64,000 bases of DNA, from contig OZ025649.1 of assembly GCA_964019335.1 (NCBI GenBank), positions 248,001-312,000 on the forward strand, read 5' to 3'. Below, piece after piece: positions 14,830 through 25,451 of the stretch (the stretch's first letter is position 1; every line of letters starts with the position of its first letter). The stretch is from Diplonema japonicum. Lineage: Eukaryota > Protista > Euglenozoa: Diplonemea. Made by a program: the position numbers and the translations under genes. A model generated the notes under the pieces. That model saw only the letters and a program-made list of their open reading frames with translations, had not been told where the DNA came from and ran no database searches.

Positions 14830-17800
14830 ATGGCAGATATTCGAAAGGTGAATTTAAAAGAGCTGCAGGCAGCACTTGTTGATCTATGGGACAGCATTCA
14901 TACGCATTGCACGAATGGGAACATCAGAATGGTTCCAGAGCTCGTGGCGAAGTTGAGGCAGTGCACGGCACTGACGGCTACTGGGACTGTGAGGATGGTG
15001 TGGGGGAAGGTGTGTTACAAGCGGCCGTTGCCGTTTATTTTAAGGGCTTTGATTGAGAATGCACATAAGGCACCGATTGGCGAGTTAGACCTTTCGGAAA
15101 ACCAGGTGGGCGATGAGCACGCAAAGCTCCTCATTACGTACATCAACAGCTCGACGCACCTGCGCCAGATTGACCTCTCTAAGAACTTATTCAGTCCCTC
15201 TGTGGCCGAGGCTTTGCGTTCTGCTGCACGGCGTGACGTGTACATTGTTGGCATCACTCAAGCGTCACCCAAGCTCCACCCGGAACGCTCCCCTCTCCCC
15301 CCCCGCCCTCTCCCTAGCCCCCGCACCCATACGCCGCCGCCCAACCATACTGCCGACACCTTTGCTGTCCTCCAACACGAGCTCGACACTAAAGTCAGGT
15401 CCCTCGGCCTGCAGCATGCCGGGCAGCTGGAGCCTGAGCGCGACCGGCTCCTCCGTGAAATGCATCTCTCCAAACCCGAAGAACCCACCGCGGTTCTGAA
15501 CACACTGCGCTCCAGCGTGCGGCGTGAAAGTAAAAGATCAGTCACTGCCGGAACGCAGTCTGAACCTAGCCTCCCATCGCCGTCCCCGTTGTCCATGTCT
15601 CAGGTGCCTTCTAATCCGAGCACACCGCGTAGCCAACCACAGCACCAGCTTCCACAAGAACAGCAAGAGCAACAACAAATACAATCCCAGCCACAGCGAC
15701 AAGTCCATCCACAGCAACAGCCACCGGCAACACCGGTTTCGGCGTCGATACCTGTTCAACTGCAGTCGCAACAACAAACCCGGTTACAGCAACAGCCGCC
15801 AGCACCAACACCAGTATCGGTACCTGTAGCTGTGCAGCACTCGCCAATGCCTGTTCAGTACTCACAACCTCAACAGCAATACCAACCGCTCTCACAGCAG
15901 TATCAACAACCTCAATCTCAACCAGTGCAGCAACAAAGCCAAGCGCAACAGAACACTACCCCCGGAGGAACACCAAGGGGCACTCAGCAGCACTCATACA
16001 ACGTGGATCCACCATCATCTGGTTACCATGCACGCCCGTTGGACGTCAGGGGGTCGCCCCGCACTGTTATACAACCGCATCCTACGGTGCCTGCAACACC
16101 CGATATTGAAGGTGAGGTTAACTTCGATGATGACTCTCTTGTGCACCCGTCGCCGTTCAGGCAGTTCAACGCGCACAGCCTTGTGTCGAAAAGGACACCG
16201 ATGAGTGTACCTTCGAAACATCGAACACAAAGCGAGCCATCGCCTTTAGGGAAGAGCCTCATCAAGACGGAGGAAGTAATAATGGAAGGGGACAAAGAGG
16301 ACCTCTACGACATCGCTCAGGACAATACTGCAGAGGCAGTCATACGTGACTTCAGCAAGATGAAAATATCTTCTGTCGAACACAAAGACCTATCACGCAT
16401 CACAGTACTTGTCCTGCGGAACAACATGTTGAGAGAGCTGACCAATATGCCATCGTGCCTTGTGAAGCTGGATGTGAGCGGCAACCTGCTGCAGTCAATA
16501 CAAGGGCTAGAGAATTGTGTGCAGCTCGAGGTATTCAATGCCCGACGGAATAGGATAACACGGATAGGCAACGGACTGACTTTCAATCGGTTGGTGCACA
16601 CGCTGCTGTTGGGCAGGAATCAGATACGCAGAGTGGAGGGACTTGAACACTTGACAGACTTGTCATACCTTGACCTAAGTCATAACGAGCTGTCCACCCC
16701 CGTATCGGTAAGGACATTATCTATAAATGCTGGTTTGAAAACACTGGTGCTCAGGGGCAATCCTTTGTCTCATCCTAGTGGGAGGCGAAGGGTGTGCTTG
16801 TCAAATTTGCCGCAGACATGCAATGAAGCAGGTGTCCAGGCTCTTCTGAGACCCTACGGGTCCGTGGAAGGAGTGACTGTGATTCACAACAGGACCACGA
16901 AAGAAGGGAGATTGGCAGCCTTTGCCAGCTTTGCTGATGCCGACGACGTTGCGAAAGCGTGTGCTACAGCACTGAATGCACAAGGGGTAGCAGGGATGCC
17001 GCCGTTCACAGTTGAGGTGAAAGGCAAGAAGGGCAGGATTGTAGTGTCTCGGTTGTTCAGTTCGATGGATAAGAGCAGCATGATGCAGCTGTTGTCGATG
17101 CATGGGATGGTCGAGAGCCTCGAGATGACCCAACCAAAATGGGAACATAAGTCCGCAACTACTTGGATACCATTCGACTCGGAGTACACTGCCAGACTGG
17201 ACGCAGCCCACCACAGACAAGGGACATGCAAGATACGCAACTTTACGGTGCGGATGACCAACATGACTGCTGAGAGGGACGATGGCACAGTCTGCAACAT
17301 ACGACTCCACAGAGAGGCAATGGCCGTCTTTGCTCCTGGCACGATGTGTGCTGAGAAAGCTAAGGCCGCACTTTCTAGAGTAAAATGGCAGGGCGACACT
17401 GTGCCTCTGGTCGTGCGTCATATGCCCGACTACCAACTGCTACTTCAGAACCTCATTCCCGGATTGCACAACCTTGATGGGAAGTACCTCAATGTCGCCC
17501 ACAAGGAAAGCCTCAACACCACCAACAACACTACCCAGTCCCAATCTATGATATCGGAAACATCGGCCATTGACATGTCAACATCAGCAGCGCAAAGGGT
17601 ACTGAAGGGGGAGAGTTTTGAGCAGGTTAAGATTGTACCGGTGGCTGGCTACGCTAAGCCTGGCAAGGCGAAGCAGATGGTCAAGAGAATTGGGCGCGCA
17701 CAGGAGAGACAACAAAAAGAAGATCAGAAGCTGAGGAAATACGGCCTGCAGCCAAGCCAACAAGGGAGCATCGTGAAGGAGCACACGAAACGGAGCAAAA

Positions 17801-19431
17801 GTGTGCCTTCCAAAAAGTCGATTGTGCCGCCGCTTCCGGATCTGAGTGACATTGAGGCAACTGATGTCAAGTCCAGTAGGTCGAGGTCTGTGGAAGTGAA
17901 ACCAACAAGGAATATAGTGCCAGCTGCGTTCCGCAGGAAAGCGCCTCCTACTCAAGAAACAACCCCGAAGGCTGCAAGGCGACGGGCCAACAGCACACCG
18001 TCTCGGTACCTGGCCACATCGCGGAATTCTTCGAGATCGAACACACCCATGTCTCGTGCCTCCGTCAACAACACCAGCATGGACTCAAACGGCGAACTGC
18101 GCAGTGCACTCCGCAGGCTGTCCACCGCCGTGAGCGAAACCTCAAAACCGGGGAAACGTGGAGTCAGCTTCGGCGACAGAGAGTATGCCCGCGACACCAC
18201 ACACCTCTACAGTTATAGCGATGCTGATACAATTGAAACAACCGACATGGAGTACTCCCGTTCAGAGACTCTCGGTCAAAATGTCTCAATACTTACCCAA
18301 GATGAGCAGATGGGCCAGGAAGCTTATGCTGCCTTACAAACTCACGGTCAGAACGCTGATTTAGGTGTGTTATATATTGACAGGGTTTTTACAAATTACT
18401 ATTCGACAGAACTGAGCTACTCGAAGGTGTCCGCCCCAACGCCGCCACCCGTGCCAGTATCGGTGCCGGGTTCAATACCCATCACTCCGGGGCGTAAACC
18501 GCCGCCTCACCCTGCACGAGCGTCTCCGAAATTACAGGAAGCGCTTCTTGGTGTCGAGCAGACTGTGGAAGGTATGGCGTGTGGACTCGACTTAATACCG
18601 AACTAACAGCTGCCCAGCAGTCTCCTAAGATCACCACACCTAGAAAGCAGCAACCTTCTCCGAAACCTTTGCGGCAAGAGCCTCCTGCGTCTCCCCAGGT
18701 GTCTGACGCCTTGCAGAGTTTGTATGCACAGCTTCAAGCGTTGCATGAGGAGTTGTCCACTGGAGGGAAAGATATGTCGCCTCAGGTATAACGCTGGTGA
18801 TCAGCAATAACAACAACAACAGGCGTTCCTGAGATTGATGACACCAGTCAAGGACCAAGCCGAGCAAGCAAAAAGGCTTTTATCGCCGAGGAAGGAAGTT
18901 GAGAATTTACCGACACCCTCACTCCCAACTCCGATTCACGAGAAGTCTGTGCCAGAAAAGGAACCGGAGAAGCCTGTAACTCTGCCGACCGAGCCGGAGA
19001 GGGAACCCGAGCCTGCAGAGGTGACCGAATGGATGAAAAAGGTCGTTGAAGATTTCCTGAGAGCACACCTCGCATTGAAGGCACTGGTGGTTCTGAGCAT
19101 GGAGGCGAAGAAAGAAGAACAAGATAGATACAAAGGGATCATAGAAGGGAGCGGCATGCTCAGTGATACTGAGGTTCCGTCTTGTGTGGTGCGGCATTTC
19201 AAACTAACGGAAGCGAACCTCAATGCACCCATCGAGGTACACCCGAAGACAAAACTCGAAGGGCTACTCGCTATCCTGCGGCAGTTGAGTGATACCAAGA
19301 CAAGCCTTAAGTACATTTTTGCCCTCATTGCGCAAAGCAACCCCGAAGCGCTGTGCGAATACGTGGAGCGCGTAAAGACCTCTTCGTTGGTAACACGCGA
19401 ACCTTCCACCTTCGTGCTTCCTGTGAGATAG
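14830..19431 (+). CDS. Leucine-rich-repeat protein with Q/P-rich linker, SDS22-like LRRs, two RRMs and a WWE-like domain
   Basis: ATG at 14830 follows an AG acceptor at 14812-14813. LRR motifs LDLSENQV, LVKLDVSGNLL, LSYLDLSHNEL and LVLRGNPL; LRRcap-like YQLLLQNLIPGLHNLDG. Introns 18365-18409, 18572-18609 and 18786-18822 join ORFs 14797, 18579 and 18835 in frame. Confidence 0.85.
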
Positions 19432-19536
19432 AATATTTCTGTTGTACATTAAAAGTACTTTGAATAGATAGACTGTATTTTTTTATTCTCGATTTTCTTC
19501 ACGAACATGTACACTGGACCACACAGGGCTGCTGAA

Positions 19537-20112
19537 ATGCATTCGTTGCGTTGTTTGAGCCGACAGGCGAGGAGGGCATCAGGGCTGCAGCTTGTCGAGT
19601 GCCCGCGTGATGCAATGCAAGGACTTCCTAACTTTGTTCCAACAGAGGACAAGATTAGATATATTAACAAGTTGTTGGAAGTAGGATATCACACCATTGA
19701 CTTTGGGAGTTTTGTCTCGGCGCCGGCAGTACCGCAAATGAGGGACACCGTGGATGTTTTGAAGGGGTTGAACCTTAAGGAGAGCAAGTCGGAGCTGCTT
19801 GCTGTTGTGTGCAACGTGCGAGGGGCGTTGGACGCTGCACAGCACCCTGAAATTAAATATCTCGGGTTCCCACTCAGCATCAGCGAAGAGTTCCAACAGC
19901 GCAACACACGGAAGGACATCATGTCAGCTCTTGAAACGCTCGAGAAGATCAGCGACATCTGCAAAAACTCAGACAAGGAACTTGTCACGTACATCTCAAT
20001 GGCATTCGGAAACCCATACGAGGAGAAGTACAGCCCGGAACTCGTGTCAGAGTTTGTTGGAAAGGTGGTGGACCTCGGAGGAAAGACCATCTCATTGGCC
20101 GACACGGTATTT

Positions 20113-20174
<62 letters not shown>

Positions 20175-20908
20175 ATCACATCACAGGTTGGATCCGGCAC
20201 ATCGACACTTATCAGAGAAGTGTTCTCGATCGTGATCCCAGCATACCCAGAAGTCGTGATCGGTGCTCATCTTCACAGCAGCAGTGCAACCGCTACTGAA
20301 AAAATAGCAGCTGTGCTTGACACAGGGTGCACAAGGATTGACAGTGCGATAGGCGGGATGGGTGGGTGCCCTTTTGCAAAGTCTGCGCTCATTGGAAACG
20401 TTCCTACAGAGAGCGTCATTGCGCAGTGCCAGTTGTCTGACTTTGAACACGGTTTGAACATGAACAAGTTTGTTGAAGCACAAGCTATTAAACATGAACT
20501 GTTTGGTGTGGCTGTCAGTGAAATCATCCTACAGTGCTACCTTGGTGTGTATTTTAAGAGGGGAGAAAAAAGATGTCAATATTAACACGCAGGTGACACC
20601 GTTGCCTTCACCGAGCTGTGCAGGACGCAGTTCAACGAGGCGGATGTCAACAAGAACACAATCCTCTCAAAGGAAGAGTTCAACTATTCCGTTAAAAAGG
20701 TCATCGAAGAGCTGGGCGAACCGGAGCCCTCCGAAAACAAACTGGACAGAATTTGGAAGTCCGCCCCCAAGGTAGCAGGAAGATTTAAAAAAAAAATGTA
20801 AAAAAAAAAAAACAGGCCAGCCCCGATGGGATGAATTTTGACGAGTACTGCAGCATCGCTAGGGATAAACTCCTTAAGAGGATGGCACACGACGAAGCTC
20901 AGCAGTAG
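19537..20908 (+). CDS. HMGCL: Hydroxymethylglutaryl-CoA lyase with mitochondrial-type presequence and C-terminal EF-hand extension
   Basis: Motifs VECPRDAMQG, GSFVSAPAVPQM, ISLADT-VG, HLH and GGMGGCPFA. Introns 20107-20186 (poly-A filled), 20545-20592 and 20772-20815; stop TAG at 20906-20908. N-terminus MHSLRCLSRQARRAS. Confidence 0.92.
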
Positions 20909-21247
20909 AAAACGAAAAAATAAGCAGAAACAAAAAGTGTTAAAAAAAAAAAAAAAAAAAAAAAACGAGAGCAGAGAAAAAAAAGGGGGGAGGAGGGAAA
21001 GTCTGGCTGTGTTCCACATACTGGCGTTGTGATGTCTTGTAAAGGAGGTGCGGCCTTCAGAAGTCCTTTCACCCTCCCCCTCCCTTTCTTTTTTTTTTGT
21101 GACAGACATAAACTAAAAACGAAATAAAGAAGACAAAGAAAAGCAAAACGTTTGAAGAAAGAAAAGGCTCCCCCCCTGCCTCCTTATTTGTATTATTACC
21201 TTTCCCCCCTCAGTCTTTCGATGCAAACCACCGTTTAACAGGGTATC

Positions 21248-22675
21248 ATGGGACAATGCTGTATGCAAGGGAAAGGAGAGAAACACGATGACGAAGAGTT
21301 TGCTGACATACGAGATGAACCGGATGTGAAACCCAAGGTGGAGGGAAGGGGCAGGGGCGGGGACAATGGGAAAAACGTCGTGACGATGGAAGAAAAACTG
21401 GCAAAATACGCAGCGGTTGACGAGGCGCCCTCTAGAGAAGAGACCGGGGAGAAGAAAGATGAGCAGGAGGTGCAAAAAGACTCGCCAGCTGCTAAAAAAG
21501 ATGAGAGCGAAGCACCACCAGACCCGCCAGAAAACGAACGGGAAAAGACACCCGAACCTGCGAAGGAAGAACCACCAATTGATAAAACAGAAGCGCTCAA
21601 GAAAAAATTGCAAGAGATGGATGAGAAGAAGGAAAAGGGAATTCCGGTGCAGACAAACGTCACCGAGACGAAGATGACAGCGAAGCAAAGAGAAGCCGCT
21701 GAAGAGGAGGAGAGAAGGGAAACCGACAGAAAACGCAAAGAGGCGATCCTAGCGGAAGGCGGAGTTAAACAAGTGAAAACCTTCACGTGGAAGGACGAGG
21801 ACCTGGAGGTTGCTGACGAAGAGGTGGAGATCACAATGGACGGCGAAGATGTCATTATCGCGATGGATGACGAGGCCGAACCCACACCCGAGAAGGAGAA
21901 GGAAGCCCCCAAGACACCCCTTAAGAAGGCCCCTTACCCCAACGATGAGTGGTACGCCACACAAGGCGTTAAGCCTCCGGCGGGCCTCTCTTACTACCAC
22001 GTCAGGGACACTCTTACCTTGACATTCAGACCAGCACCCCCCGCGACAACCCGGCTCGAATTCACTCCCCCAAGTGTCATCCACTACAAGACCCCCGAGA
22101 ATGAGGCGTACCTCGACCTCCTCCACGACTGCACCAACTCCAGGGTATGCAAATTTCATTTAAAAAAGAGAGAGAAAAAAACTAGTTGTTATCGCCATCG
22201 ATCCCATGCTTGGTATCCACCGATGAAGATGCCCTAAGAGCTGCTATCTCACAGGTCACGCAGGACATGACCAAAACCGCCGATCTCACAGAAGGGTACC
22301 AAATAGAGTTGAAGCAAATTGCTGAGCTGACGCTGCAGAGCTGCAGCTGCATGGTGAGGATTGTGGGTCCTGAAGGTCTCGAAGGGATCGAAGCACTTGC
22401 GAAGATGGCAGGCGGCCTTAAGAAGAGCTTCAGCGATGGTGCAGAGCACTGCGGCATTAAGTTTAAGCTCATGGAAGAGACTTGCTGTGAGTCAATCACC
22501 CTAAGGTTAACTAAGCCAAGCACTGCAAGGTGGTCTACACTCATCAAGGTAGGGGGGGGAAAACGCAAATAAAAATAAACAGCCCCCAACGGGTGAGACC
22601 CTGCAACCGCCCCCGTCATGGATCACCCCTGATGACATTGACAGCGATGATGAGGATGATGACGACTTCACGTGA
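21248..22675 (+). CDS. Putative dually acylated (MGQCC) acidic protein with C-terminal p23/CS-like domain
   Basis: N-terminus MGQCC. Introns 22145-22185 and 22549-22582 give ...ITLRLTKPSTARWSTLIK-PPTGETLQPPPSWITPDDIDSDDEDDDDFT*, resembling the p23 (L.K...W..L...W...D) end with an acidic tail. Confidence 0.6.
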
Positions 22676-23073
22676 CAAAATAAATTGAAGAACGAGAAAG
22701 AATAGAAACAAAAAATTTGCCTCACCCAATCCAACTTAAAATATAAAGGAAACCAAAATAGTTAAGAGTTCAATAGATGTTAATAACCTAATACCATAAC
22801 CCCTTTTTTTGCCTCTTATTGAGGGCCTTTTGTGTCAAATGAGTCAAAGAAACAGGCTGGAGAAGACTTGCCTTCCCTTGAGAGAACCCGCTGACTGCAC
22901 TCTTTTCATTCCCTCTCCCTCTTCATTTTAGCAGCTGTTGGTGCTCATCCCCTTTGCCATTGACATCATTAAATTGGTCTTCACGTTCTTTACTGCTAGT
23001 GCAGTCACCATTCGAATTGTTAAACCACTTCGTTTCGTATCACATTGAATTAACTCCGGAAATAATTTCCGAA

Positions 23074-23145
23074 GCGGTTTTCGTATAGTGGTTAGTACAC
23101 TTCGTTGTGGCCGAAGAAACCCGAGTTCGATTCTCGGAAGCCGCT
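23074..23145 (+). tRNA. tRNA-His (GUG)
   Basis: Cloverleaf GCGGTTT-TC-GTAT AGTGGTTA GTAC-A-CTTCG TTGTGGC CGAAG-AAAC-CCGAG TTCGATT CTCGG-AAGCCGC-T, with A/B boxes and a T6 Pol III terminator at 23147-23152. Confidence 0.97.
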
Positions 23146-23186
23146 ATTTTTTAACCTGTCATACAGCTCTGGTGAATTAATACACT

Positions 23187-25326
23187 ATGGATGTCTTTAA
23201 GCGATTGATAGACATCGAAGATGACGGCTCCAATGTGGATGCTTCGCAGTTGTCGGGGTTAGGGCAGCAGGAGTTGGTAAAGAAATGTAAACAGCTGATT
23301 AAAGAGAACGAGGATTCAAAGAAGGGATATGTTGATATTTTAGAGGAAACACAGTTGCTCAGGAAAGAATACGACAGCTATAAACTGAAGGCGCGAGCAA
23401 AAGAGACAGAGATGGAAGCGGCATTGCAGGAGGAACAACGCAAGACCCAGGAAGGGGCGCAGGTCAGTGCGAGCGAGCGAGCTGAGGAGCTGGAAACACA
23501 ACTTACAACACTCAATGGAGCGCACAAAGTATCTTTACAAACTATCTCTGCATTGGAAGAAAGAGTAGCACAAGCTGACACAGCACGTCTGCGGACAGAA
23601 GATGAAAAAACAAAAGAGCTCAGCACTTGTGCCAAAACGATGGAAGCGTGGAAGCAGCGTATGACGGAAGAAAGAGACTCCTTAAAGTCTGAGATCGGAG
23701 CCTTGCGAGGCCAAATTGTGAATATGCAAAGTGCGTCGGAACGAGCGACTGTGGCCGCCAATAAAGCAGACGGCGAGAGCACCGGAGAGAGTGGAGAAGT
23801 TCTGGAAAGAGAAACACGAGAGATGCGAGAAAATTTAAAAGCACAAACCGAGACGAATAATTCACTTCTTGACCAGTTGCAGAGTTCAAAGAACAAAGCT
23901 TCTAAAGATCTAGAAGACGCCAATTGGGAAGTGATGCAAGCCATGAGCAAGCTGAACGAGGCGAAGATCAACTCTGAGCAGCTCCAAACGCAGCTGGCAA
24001 CGAGCGAAACAAGAGGCAAACGGCTCGAAGCCGAGCTCGAGGAGAAGGAAAGAGAGATGCGAGAACTATTACGAAAACAAGAGGCGAATTTCAAAACAGC
24101 GCGCGGGACACTTGAGGCCACTATAGCAAAGCTAAAGGAAGACATCGACAACACGCATAAGAAGATGACTGATATGGGGAACCACGCAGCCATGAGCACT
24201 GAAATAATAGGAAGCAAGCAAATGCATTTACAAGACCAATTGGACAGCACACAGCAGAAGCTCAAGGAAACCTTGGACAAATATGATGAAGTGAGCATGG
24301 GGGCAAAGGTGCAAGCGGATCGATTGGCACAGGTCGAGGCCGACCTAGCAGAAACGAAAACAGAGTTACACCATAGAGACAGGGCTTTGCAATCTATCAC
24401 AAGGGAATACGAAGAGGCGCAGCAAAGGCTGATTTCTTTGGAAGAACAAACTATAGATGCACAGCACGTATTGCAGCAGCGTGAAGATGAGATCGAAGGC
24501 AATGTCAGGGAGCGCTTACTGTTGCTCGAGAAGGTCACAGAAGGAACGGCGGCACTGCGGGTTATCGAGAATGATAAACAGACGTTGAAAGCTTCGTTGT
24601 CCGAACTGCAGGCCGAGTTGCGAGAAAAGGACACAGTCGAAGCTGGTTTGAAGAAAGACGTGCTGGACCTGCAGAGCCAGGTACGGGAAGAACGGAAAAT
24701 ATACAAGAAAACACCCAAACAGATGCAGTCACAACTGGAAACATCTACAAATATCGAATCGCTGCAGACATTAAAAGTATGCTTGCAGAGCACCTGTCAC
24801 CATTCAACAGGAAGATGAAGTAGCTGGCCTCAGGCAAAGGCTGGAAGAGCGTGAAAACCGCATCGAAGATCTACAAAGGTTAAAGGATGAGTCGAGTGCG
24901 AGAGTAAGACAGCTCGAGAAGGTTGTACGAGAAGCAGAGGAGAAGAAGATGATGTCGGAATACTCGCCGAAAGCGAGTGTAAGGAGCAAGTCTGCCGTCG
25001 CCTCACATGTAGAAAGATCGAGGTCCCCTATGCCTTTTAGGGGAAGCATGGATGAAGGGTTTAGGTTTAAGTACAACTGGGACAGAAGCAAGGCAATAGT
25101 GCTGGTCATAATTGCGTTCATATGGATTGTCGGGATGTATCACAACTACGCCAGCAGTGCAACGACAGGTTTCGCACACAGTGAAGCCGACAGAGCTGCT
25201 ACTCACCTCACGGTATGCACAGGCAATCAATTATCATCACAACCACAGGCTGTGGTCGAATCTCAGGAACGTGCCCTTGCCACATGTAGGCTGAAGCTCG
25301 CAACTGCTACATCTGGTGTCGTGTAG
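23187..25326 (+). CDS. Long coiled-coil protein with C-terminal transmembrane helix (golgin-like)
   Basis: Heptad-rich ORF. Intron 24777-24810 links it to ORF 24949..25326, which carries the TM segment AIVLVIIAFIWIVGMY. Probable in-frame introns at 24681-24722 and 25213-25248. Confidence 0.75.
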
Positions 25327-25451
25327 CATGAAGATTAAGTCATCTCGTTAGCTACCACGACTCCTTAATGTGTCTTTTGAGATTCTGTAAGACCGTTCTG
25401 TTCTTTTTTCTTTCGCAACTCATTCACCTCCTTAACCAGGAAGTCGGAACA

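Noticed and set aside
22790-23013. Minus-strand reading frame with a single internal TGA (selenoprotein or pseudogene?)
   Set aside because: Short, no start codon in frame, no recognisable homology or SECIS, and against the strand polarity of the cluster.
23378-24793. 471-aa minus-strand Ser/Cys-rich ORF
   Set aside because: Antisense to the E/K/Q-rich coiled-coil gene; the composition is a mirror artefact.
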